Shown: positions 44,858 to 56,100 of the stretch, one piece after another
How positions within the stretch are numbered: position 1 is the stretch's first letter
How the letters are laid out: every line of letters begins with the position of its first letter
NCBI GenBank assembly: GCA_004431415.1
Contig: QPMI01000555.1
Coordinates: 1-64,000 of the forward strand
Source: Cyanophora paradoxa CCMP329
Lineage: Eukaryota > Plantae > Glaucophyta
Reading direction: 5' to 3'
Length of the DNA: 64,000 bases
Notes under the pieces: generated by a model
Database searches by the model: none
What the model was told of the DNA's origin: nothing
What the model saw: the letters and a program-made list of their open reading frames with translations, nothing else
Program-made: the position numbers and the translations under genes

Positions 44858-45805
44858 TAAGCTAGGAGCCGATGACTTGGTCAGGCCAGCTGGCCAGCCG
44901 ACCAGCCGCAATTAATTATACAGCAAATGAATTCGACGTTGTTAGATGAATTCGAAATCGGTGTCTTATAATCAGAAACACTTCGTGACTTTTAATTTAC
45001 GACTATAGCTAGCTCCTACTAGGCTAGCCAGCCTAGCTAGCCAGCTGCAGCCCGAAATTCGGCTCGACTCGCGGAGAGCAGCTGTAGGCTGTAGCTAATT
45101 TAATTGGCCAATTGCAATGCCCCTGATCATGATCATGATCATGAGCTATAGCTAGCCCCAATTTTTGCCCCCAGTGCCCCCCCCCCCATCCCCCCCCCGG
45201 GCCCGTGCCCCGGTATACGTACGTATATACCGGCGCACGCGCGTGTGTGCGAAATAGCCAGCTAGGCTAGCTGCTATATATAGCTATTGCTAGCGGTGTG
45301 TGCCAGCTATAGCTATAGCGCTAGCTAGCGCTAGCTATAGCTAGCTGCAGCCTGCAGCTGCTGCGCATGCAGCTGCAGCTGCCGGCCGGCGGCGGGCTGC
45401 ATATATATGCATGCGCATGCCATCATATATATGCATATGCATGGCATAATGCGCATGCGCGCGCGCGCAGGCGCCCGGCCGGCTAGCGCTATAGCTAGCG
45501 CTGCAGGCTCATGATCATGATCGATCATGATCAGCGGCTGCCGCGCGCAGTACTAGCTATACTGTGCATGCCGGCGCGCGCGCGCGGCTGCAGCCGCGCG
45601 CGCGCCTCATAATCGATATCATGATCAGCGGCCTGCCGCATGCATATGCATGCGCATGCGCATGCGCAGTGCACTGCAGCTCAGCGGCTGCCCTGCGCTG
45701 CAGTCTGCAGATCTAGATCTTCACGCCGATCGATATCTACTACCGCACCGCTAGCCTACCGGTAGGCCCTAGCTAGGCCTGAGGCTAGCGTTGCCGACCG
45801 TCGGA

Positions 45806-45922
45806 CTCGGCGAGTTTACGCCGACTCGACGCCGAGTCGACGCCGACTTGACGCCGAGTCGGCGCCGACTTGACGCCGAGTCGGCGTCGATTCGGCGTCG
45901 ATCGACGTCGACTCGGCGAGTT
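45806..45922. repeat. 11-bp GACGCCGA(G/C)T(C/T) minisatellite with inverted copies
   Basis: gacgccgagtc/gacgccgactt tandem units bracketed by direct ACTCGGCGAGTTT. Confidence 0.75.
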
Positions 45923-46177
45923 TTATCAATCAAATAATTTGGATGAATTCGAATTAGACACTTGAGAATACCAGTTTTTCACACGACTCGTGTGACATGT
46001 ACACGAGCCACCTGGCTGAAGCGACCGTCGGTCCCGGCGTCGCCGCGTCGGACATATGCATTGCTGCGACAGTGATGATGAGTGTCATTGAGTGTCATTG
46101 GTACGCCGGACCGTCGCCAGAACCTACTAGTAGGCTACTAGTATGCCTATTAGTAGTCCGCGCTTACTAGTCCGCCA

Positions 46178-46319
46178 AAATGGCCAACTTGCAAGTTGCA
46201 AGTCTTAAAACTTGAAAAATGCACTTCAAGTTTTAAAATCTACTAGGCTAGAGTTGCAAGTTGCAACTTGCAACTTCAAGGCTTGCAAGCCTTGAAGTTG
46301 CACGCTTAAGTTGGCCATT
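46178..46319. mobile_element. Small foldback/MITE-like element of TTGCAAG/CTTGAAG repeats
   Basis: AAATGGCCAACTT ... AAGTTGGCCATTT terminal inverted repeat; related sequence at ~5990-6030. Confidence 0.55.
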
Positions 46320-47052
46320 TGGGCTACTGTACAGTGTACTATGATATTCGCTGCATATATAATTCGCATATGCATCCGGGCCGCGGCCCGCGGGCCGTGA
46401 TGATATCATAGTATCGATATGATCCGTCATTGACATCTATCCGGCGGATTCCGGCCCGTATACGTAATATTACGTATACGTACGGGCCGGTACGGCCCCG
46501 AGGCAGTATATATCCGATGATCCGGCCCCGGCGGCCCGTACCTTACCGTACCGTACCGTACCGTATGCCCGTATACGTACCGTATAAAACTGTACGTGGA
46601 ACCCTCCCTCATAATTATGCGAAACACTGGAGCCCGAATCGAAATTAGTGGATGTAAAATTTTCAGGCTTGTATTGGATGGTAATTAAGGGGGGTATAGT
46701 ATGAGGCGCCTCTCATCAGGGAATCGGTCCCAAATTTGTGGACTGAGTCAAGATTTCGGTGGACTGTGGACTAATACAAATTTAAACATAGAGCCCCATA
46801 CAAACATACAAAACGCGAAGACGCGTTCTTTGGTTTCAAGTTTCCTGTTAGGTTTTCCCATGCAAACGCGAAGACGCGTTCTTTGCCAGCCATGCACTGG
46901 CATGCAGTGGCCCACTGGAACATGCTTGACATGTACAGCTCTTAAGCTTGAACATGCCATGGCCAGCCACCCTCATGCTTCAATGATGCTTGAACATGTA
47001 CAGCTTTTAAGTTAACACTTACTAAGTTAGCAGCACGGGCAGCCTGTGCAAA

Positions 47053-50000
47053 ATGTGCACTTGTCCTCTTCCTGTGCCCTTGTCCTTCTCCTGTGCACGA
47101 GCCGTTCGGCATGCGCATCTGTACGTGTCAAAATGTGCAGCTGTTCGGTCCCGAGCCAAAATGTGCAACCATTCGGCATCTGTACGTATACGTTTGCAAT
47201 TGCAGCTGCAGGCGTATTGCTTCGCCATAGCTATGATTGTCACATCTACATGTACACTACGTATGCCTTTCGCGAACAGTGCTGGTGCGGCCGTACATAC
47301 GTATACTATACATGGGAAATGACGCGCGCAGCTCATGATTAGCGCTCTCGTGTATATGCAGCTCTGGCCATGGAGCTCAGCGCCCAGACTCGATGCGCTT
47401 CCCTTGTCAAATCACCTTCTGACCAGACTTCTGAATGGCGTGCCTGCATATATCCCCGGGCCCCTTCCCTTGGATGCGCCAACCAGAACTCTGAACTTCT
47501 GAACTTTGGAATTCTCTCCAGGATCATTCGCGCACGTGTACTATTTTGGAGTGATACACATCGAGCACTGTTTCAGCTTACTCAACTGTCCGCCAGTGCT
47601 GGGGAGTGTGTTCACGTGCGCACGCCGCACTTTGGCCATATATATATGTATTGTTTTTCAAACAATTACTGAGATCGCGTATATATACGGGTGCTTCGCA
47701 GATCTACGATGGCACAAGCACGCTCAGCCCCAGACTCACCCCCCAGGGCGGGCTTTGCGGAACTCTGAGCTCCCTTCCCTCGGTCGACCACACATACATC
47801 AGCACTCCTACAGATAGCTATCGCGAATACGGAGGCACCCTCCTAATCACTTTGCAACGCAACGTTAACACGACGTCAACGTCAGCTACGACTTTCGGGG
47901 GAGTATATCGCGCAGGCAGTGCGTAAACAATTATATTTGTTTGCAAATCTGATCGATATCGTGCGCGTGATCATTAATTTGGCCACACCGCGGCTGGTAA
48001 CAGCGTTTCGGTCGGTACCGTTCATAACGCTGACGACACCGACCGAAGTGGCTTCAATCGAGGGATCAACCGGATTCGAGAACTACCTTGATGGAGATGA
48101 GTGGTGCGTATACGAACGCGCTCGCGATCGTGCGCTCCGGATCCAGTTTTCGAGTACTCCGGATCGCGATTGTGCCGGGTAACGTTCTTCAAAATTCACG
48201 CAGGGTGATCACTGCTCCTGTGGGGAATGGAATTCAGTTGACGATTACGAGCCTCAACGTTCCGGACTCGGATTTCCAAGGGGTAAAAGTACGCAGCATG
48301 CACAGTGGCATGCATATGCACAGCTGTATGCAATTAAAAAGGTGGCAACAGGTATACGACGGCATCTGCTCTCTCGAAGATAGCCCTATTGGACGTGTGA
48401 AAGGACTCCTATCAGATATACCGACCAAAACATTTTACACGCTTTCGAATTTCGCCGTCATTCAAAGGTCGCCGTCCGTGTCACGGGAGCCTGAGGGATT
48501 TGCCGCAGAATGCAAGGGTAAACTTATATATATAATTACGGTCGTAGTACATCAAATGTTAACGTTCTCTAGACTCGCATACATACAACTCTAAATCTCA
48601 GACTTGCTCGCGCGCAGTTGATGTCCCCACGTCCACTCTGCAGCTTTATGGTAATCCAGACTTCGACCCGGGCTGCGCTGATTTCAATTACTATGGGTCT
48701 GGATCCGATACGGCAACTCATGATCATCAGCGTTGGTATACAGATACATATATCTTATTACGTACGCTTCGAAATAACGATTTTTCTTTTGATTGCTTGT
48801 ACTCAAAATATAGGTTTATTTATTCGGCATCCGGATTTCGGGTACTGTTTCAGCTTGTCGAACTGTCCGCCAGTTATGGAGAGTGTGTTCACGTACGCAC
48901 GCCGCCGAATGAATACTGAAGATTTACGCGTGACTGGAGATCATGTGTGCTTCGCAGATCTACGATGGCACAAACACGTCGAGTCTGGGTTCCAGACTCA
49001 CACCCCAGAGCGGGCTTTGCGGAACCCTTACCTATGGAGAAAGTCTACCTTCCGGCGACCACACGTACATAAGCACAGGCAGCAGCATGTTCGTCACAAT
49101 TCACCGCAGCACAGCAGTGAGCTTCTTGGCGCAATATCGAGTAATTGGTGTCCGGTTGCGACATCGATGATCATGGATATTAATACGCCATATTTAATAG
49201 ACGCTCAGGGCCGGTCCGCAAACTCACGGCATCGACCGAGCTCGCTTTTATCGATATCGCCGTCGATGCGAATAGCAGTACACAGACAAGGCATTGGTGC
49301 AGATTTTGGATAGAATTAATCATTGAGCTCGAGTTTTTAACACTTCATGATTTCTGCAGGATGATTTCTGCACCCGTTCAAAACATGGTAGAACTGAAAT
49401 TCACGAGCCTGAACGCCAAGCCCACTCAAGATCTCGTTTCTGTGCGTGCACGTGGATACGTATACATTACGATACGTATACGTATACAGAAGGCCCCAGG
49501 GTACAAATTTATTGCATGTATATCGGCTTACGAGCAAGTGCGTATATGCGCAGGCATATGATGGCGTGTGCGGACACACACCCTTTCGGAAAATCAGTGG
49601 ATCTTTCAACGATATGCCCTCTGCAGCGCGTGTTGTCTGGACATTAAGCAATATTCTGCTGATAAAGGTCACTATTGATACACATATTAGCCGCTTTGAA
49701 CCGATATTCAAAGCTGAATACAGAGGTAAAGCAAGATGCACCAGACAGACTTCGCGCTCGCAGCTTCGATATCGATATCGCTTTGCGCAGCTGCTCCGGC
49801 TCGCATCACGGACTTCGAAACTGACAACCACTGGTGTAACGAATTGCATTTCACACACGCACCCAAAAGTTCAGAAGAGTCCACTCGCGCACAGCAGCAC
49901 ACGCGTCTATGGAATTTGCAAGCTTCCCAAAGGATCGGCCGAATTGTTTTCCATCTGGAAAGTTTCAACGCTGCGTCAGCTTGCGACTGCATCCATGTAA

Positions 50001-52826
50001 TCACGTTCTTACCTTTCTGCAGGATATTGAATTATATTAATCATAAGATGCATTTATATAGGTTTTTGACGGAAAAGACGCCCATGCGCCCCCTCTCACC
50101 CCGTCAGACGGGATCTGCGGAAGCGGTTCCGCGAGTTCTGCGGTCACGTTTACGTACATCAGCACACTTGATGCGCTCCACGTCGTATTCACGTATAGAG
50201 ACTCCTCTTTTGGAGCCGGGTTCCGCGCCGTTTGCAGCAGCACTCAATCACGTGTGTATATATACATATATTGTGCAGCTGAGACTCGATATATAATTCA
50301 CTGATGGCCATGATCAGCCGATAACGTTGTAATTTTGTCGGCGGCGCCCACCACTCGATCATTGGCACACAAAGTTCAGCCATGGGATCCTATACAAATG
50401 TGGTTAGCCCGCAGTCACTTCACTTTTGTCGCGCTTTTGCTAATCACGTCTTTGGGCAGGCTTATTCTCGCCCCACACGCGCAGAGTGGTGGTATTGAAT
50501 TGACCTTCACAAGCTTTGATGCTGTGTCTGGAACAGGTTACGACGCTGTCTCGGCTCGTTGACGTTTCATTTCTCGTTCCGGATCCATCTCGTTAGCATT
50601 TCTGATCCGAGTGCTACGCAGTTGTACGATGGCGCGGCAGTGACATGCCCCTATCAGTATGTGAGAAGTTACTACTTGCCAGACGCAGCTCTAGCGAGAC
50701 TGAACGGGCAAATGGCGTCCTTGAGCAGGACGTCTTTTGTCACTTCTCAGACGTCTAGCGCACTCCTCGTGGTTTTTTATACATACGGCGTGGACCCGGG
50801 CAAAGGGTTCTCAGCGCAATACAGATTCAAAGGCGAAGGTGTTTAAATTGGATTCATGATGATCACATGTACAGCCTTATAATAATTATGTAAATCTGCG
50901 ATCGCAGTTTCGGCTATCGTTAGATCTCCTTCGCCCACATGCACAGTGTTTCCTACAGCTACTCCTTCACCTTCACCTTCCCCTTCACCGACAACCGCTG
51001 CATCGCCGTTTCCGACCGCATCGCCGACAGCAATTCCTTCGCCAACCGCTCGCCCTTCACCAACAGATCATGTTGTGTCGCCTTCACCCCCAGCAATCAC
51101 ACTTCGCCCCATTGCTACCCCGGGCCCTTCACCTGCGCACACGCCTACAGCTATAGCGAGACCAATCGGGCTCGGTGGATGCAAACGCTCGCAGAAATGG
51201 TGCTGGAATGGAACTGATGCTTGCGCGACCTCGGAGCCTGTATCTGGGACGATTCGACAACAGACAGGCACCGAGCTCATTCCTCGTGGTACTGCAGGTG
51301 CGCAAGCTTTTTTTTTTTAAGCACAGATCTAAATCTCGCATGCCTCCCAAGAGCCCAGTTAAAACATTCGCACAGGCTTCTGCGAGTGCTTGCTGGGAAG
51401 AATTCGAAAGGAATGTCTACCAGAGGATTGTCCCGCATTTACGTGTGAGAGTCTATGTCAGGATCCATTGAGAGCATACCCTGCATGCGTCGGCTACGAA
51501 GGCTTTCGCTTATCCTCGCAACTAGCCGTCATCACGAACTCTGCTCAGCCCAGCAGTGCTACTTACGTATACGGGCTTGTCGCTGCGAGCTACGGAAGAC
51601 AAAAAAGATCGAAGGCTAAAATCCGATATTTCGTCGTGAAACTGCAGTCTTTGGAGCCGTGTGCTGAAGGCAATAGCGTGTCCATATTTCCGGATACGGG
51701 CGTCGTTTCTGTTCGTGTCTCTTCTGCCTACGGCACCGACTCCAGATGCGCGTCAGCTCAGTACACGACAGCAACATTCATGGTTACAGCTCGAGACGAT
51801 TCCACGGGGGCGACGGACAGTGCCTCTTTTGTCTTCACCGTCTTCATCCAGAGGACAGCCGAGTCCAGCCTCGAACTTGAAAAGGACCCAGGGACAGGCA
51901 AACGCGTTCGAGGGGTAAGCATGACGGCGGTTCTCGACATCGATTTCGCGGCATGGGACCAAGCGAAAACTTCGACCTTCACTGCCGGTCTTGAGAAGGC
52001 CATCGCACTCGACTACGGTACCAGCTCTGTCAAAGTGATGGTCACTAGGATGGAGGCAAGCTCAAGAAGCTCGAGGAATCGGCATCGAACTGCGAAAGCC
52101 GCCATCGAAATCTTTCCAACTGCAGTGACATTCTCCCTGCTTCACAGCCCTGGCCTGGGAAGCACATCTGGTAAGCTTCGGACTTCGCAATTGCAATTGT
52201 TTGTTACGCAGCACCATTCGCAACCTTACCGAAGCGTAGCACTGCGACCAACCGAAGCGGCGAAACTTTTGAAGAGTATGGAAACGACCGGCATTCTTGT
52301 TCTAGCGGCCGAGCTCCCATGGGAAATCAAGAGTCTAGAACAAACCGCTCTCCTGTTCGAAAGTGAGCAATATTCATTTCAATTGCATTTGATCGGCTCG
52401 CGCACGAAATTCGAATCATATGCATCGCTGAATTGATTGAACAAAGCAGGTGTACAGGAGACCATTGCAGGCAACGATGCGAGTTCTAGTGCCAGTACTT
52501 CATCCGTGACCGGTCAATCCGGATCAGTTTCTTTACCAGTCATCGCTGGCGGCGTAGCTGGTGGCGTCGGTGTTCTTGCCATTGTAGCTGGTGTTATCGT
52601 ATACGTCCTTCGTCGCCGGCGCCGCAGCTGCAAAAGTGAAGCTGCAGCTGGTGCGCATGCCCGGACGGCAACTCTACCCAAGAGCGTCGACGTCGACGTC
52701 GACGGATATACATGCACATATGACATCAGCAATTTGGAGGAGCGAATGCGTCCGGCGGCTCCAGATGCAGCCCCCATCGGTGAGGGGGAGAGCAATCAAA
52801 ACGATCATCGAACGATATTTATGTAA
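47053..52826 (+). CDS. Multi-CUB-domain type I membrane protein with Pro/Thr stalk (5' end and exon borders uncertain)
   Basis: About five CUB-like units (VITAPVGNGIQLTITSLN..VYDG..GFAAE; IYDGT...GLCG twice; ISAPVQNMVELKFTSLN..AYDG..FKAEY; IELTFTSFD..YDAVS.LYDG..GKGFSAQY), PTATPSPSPSPTT stalk, TM PVIAGGVAGGVGVLAIVAGVIVYVL followed by RRRRR; lower GC than flanks. Confidence 0.8.
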
Positions 52827-53167
52827 TTGTTCAACAAAGGCCGTTGATTTTTCGTTGATTTGCCTTTTCAACCGGGAAAGGAAAGAAATGAAAAGTGTGC
52901 GTGTGGGAGCGAAGACGTCACTATGCATATGAAAGGACTGGCGCATTTCATGTTCTGGAGGTGCGCATGCCTGGGCCGCCTCGTCGGTCGAGGCGTGCAC
53001 TAACGCCGGCGGCGTCGGCGTGCGACTCCACGACGGGTCAGACGGCTGCGCATGCGGGGCTGGGGCATGCGCCGGGGCGCGGGGGCGGCGGGATGGCGGG
53101 TACAGGAGAGACAGAGTGGCCGGCCGCGAAGGGGGCACCGCCGGAGCGGGCACTGCCGCCAGAGGCA

Positions 53168-56100
53168 CTCGGAAGAAGATGAAGGGGGGGGGGAGGAGGA
53201 AGGCGGGGGTACGGCACCGGGAAGAAGCCCTCGGGCTCTTCGGCGAAGAAGGGGAACTTGCGCGTTCGCGCCAGCGAGTACTCGAGCGACGCCGGCACCT
53301 GTCCGGCGGGGCGGCCTAAGCTTCAGACGGGGCGGGGCGGGGGGCGCGCTCGCCTGGAGGCTGGAGAGGAGGAGGGGCCGGACGGGCCGCCCCGCCGCCC
53401 GCGCGCGCTGCGAAGCGGGGGCACAGTGAGGCGACAGAAAGGTCGAGCGCAGGGGCGGGCGGGCCTGGAGGCGGTCGCGGAGGAGGGGGGAGGAGGCGGA
53501 GGCGGGCGAGAGGAGCGGCACGAAGGCCGCGCACGCCGCCAGCGCAGCGTCCGCCCCCGCCTCTCCCGTCGGGTCCGCGCCCTGCGCGGCTGTGAGGGAA
53601 GATGCGAGGGTGGGTGGGGGAGGACGGGGGGTGTGGGTACAGGGCAGTGGAGCCAACAGGGCACGCCGCGGAAGGCGAGGGCAGAGAGGAGGGAGGCGGC
53701 GTTGCGGGCGTCCTCGGGCAGGGCCCAGGCGAGCAGGAAGGGGGCCCGCCGGGGGTCGCAGCGCGCCTCGGGCCGCGCCAGCAGCGCCTGCGCACGGCTC
53801 AGAAATGAGGAGGGGAAGAGCGGGGAAGGTGAGGGGTGAGGGGCGGGCCCGGGCGGCGTCGGCGTCGGCGGCGTCGTCGGCGGCGGCGGCGGCCTCGAGG
53901 GCGCCCCGCACCTCCGCGAGGAAGGCGGGGAAGCCCGCCTCCAGCAGCGCCGGCCTGCGCCGGACCGGGGCGGCGCTCAGGCCGGGGAGGCTTGGATTGG
54001 GCCGGGCGGGGCGGGGGCACCGCGAGAGGTCGACGATGCGGCAGCCGCGGAGGAGGCCCTGCGGGGGTACTGTGAGGAGGGGCGGCGGGGAGGGGGTACA
54101 CGCGCACGGCGGGGCGGTCGTCGAGGGGGAAGGGCGCCTCGGCCCACACGGGGAAGATCGGTCGCCCCAGGTCTGGGGGCGCTGAGAACGAAGAGGTCCA
54201 GGCCGCAGGGAGGGCGCACCGCGGGCGCGGGAGAGCTCGAGCATGCACCAGTCCGACGCGCACGAGTGCTGCGGGAGGAGGGCGCTGCGATCAGAAGCGG
54301 AAGAGGCGGGGGAGGGGGCGCGGCGCAGCGCCCGCCTTGGAGGCGACGAAGATGACGGCGCGGGCCGCTTTGATGCCCGCCCCGATCTGCTCCCGCCACT
54401 GCGCGCGGCTTTCAGGGGCGCCTCAGAGGGCGTTGCGGAGGCGTAGGGGCGCGCGCCTCCGTTCCGGCCTCGATGCCTGCCGGCCGCGGGGCGGAGCGAA
54501 CTCGAGGTCAGGGGCGAAGCCAACTGCGAATCGCATCGCGTACCCGTCGCCTTCATTTCGTCCATCTGGCGGCGGGCAGCGCGCGTCAGCCTCGGAACGG
54601 GGGCGGAGGAGCGGATTGAAACAAAGGCGCACCCAGCACTGCGGGGGCGAGGGTCGCGGGGGGCGCGTGCGGGGCGGAGTGAGGCCGAGTCGAGTGGGGA
54701 GACGGGGCGAGGGGACGGCGGAAGAGAAAGCGGAAGGAGGACGGACCGAGACCTGCTCGGCCTGGAGGCGGTCCCTCAGCTGCGCCGTGAACCGCGCCAC
54801 CTCCGGCGGGTGGTGCCCGTACCTGCGCGCGCGCAGCGCGGGCGGGGGCTCAGGAAGAGAAGGAAAAGCGGAGGGGGGAGGGGAAATGAGAGGGGGATAC
54901 GCACGAGATGAAGGCGTCGCGGACGGCGGCGGCGCGCTTCAGCTGCGCGCGGTACGCCGCGTCCCGCGTCCCGTCCAGCACAGCCCTGCCGGAGCCGTTG
55001 AGGAGGGATTTCTTGGGCTCGTTCCTAGCAGTAGAGGTCTCGGGGCGCACCGCTGCTTCCCGCCGTCGGCCCCGCCGACCTGCCGCCCGATGTCCGCCCC
55101 TGCGCAGCAGCAGCGGAGCCGCTCAGATCCAGCGAAAGAAAGGCGATATCAAATAATTTCGAGAAGCGGGGCTCGCGCGCCCTTCTGGAGGAGGAGGGCG
55201 CAGACGTCGAAGAGGGCGGGCCCGAAGGCGACGGCCCGCGAGAGGGCCGTCTCCTCCGCCGCGTCCACCGCGCTGCGCGGGGGGCCCAGCGAGGCCAAGT
55301 TGGGCGAGAGGTCCGGTTGGCCTAGCCTAAGCTAGGTAGGCTGGTCTAAGTTGGGCGAGAGAGGTTCAGTTAGTTAGACTAGCCTGAGCTATACACATAG
55401 CGCACTCGACGGTCTCCGGGGTGGCGGCGGCGGCGAGGCGGAGGGCCGTGAGGCGGAGGCCGACGCGGCAGGCGGCGTGCAGCGGCGTCTCCCGGTCCCG
55501 CGCGTCCGCCTCGGCGGGGTCCTCCTGCTCCGCCTCCTCCTCCTCGTCCTCCTGGCCCCTGCAGCCCCGCCCGCCCGGCACGGGCCCGCTCAGCGTACGC
55601 CGGCAATGACAGGAACCGAAGCGAGGGCGCACTTTGCTTTCTTCTTCGTCTTCTTGGGGTCCTCGGGCGGCTCCGGCTCGACGCGGCCCTCGAGCCGCAG
55701 CACGCGCGTCGCCGCCGCCACGAGCGGCCCCCGCGCGTCCCCGCCCGTGTCCTCCGGCTTCAGCGCGTGGATCTCGCTGCGGCGCCGTCAGCCAGCGGCA
55801 CCCTCTAGCTTTCCTGCGCGCTCGCCTGAGGCGTATCGGGCCGCGGCAGCAGAGGAGGAGGTCGGCCCACTGGCGGGCGTCCTCGGCCGCCATCTCGGAC
55901 CCGTCCCGCATCGCCTCCCCCAGCGCCGTCGAGTACCTTCCCGCCGCGAGCTTCAGAGGGATCGGGGCCGAGGGGAGGGGCCTGGGGCTGAAGGCGGGAC
56001 CCTTTGGCGCGGCCGGAGAGGCTGCCGTCGGCGTCGCGGCGGACGGCGGGCCAGGCGAAGCCCTCAACGGAAACCTCCTTCAGCTCGTCCTCCAGCAGGA

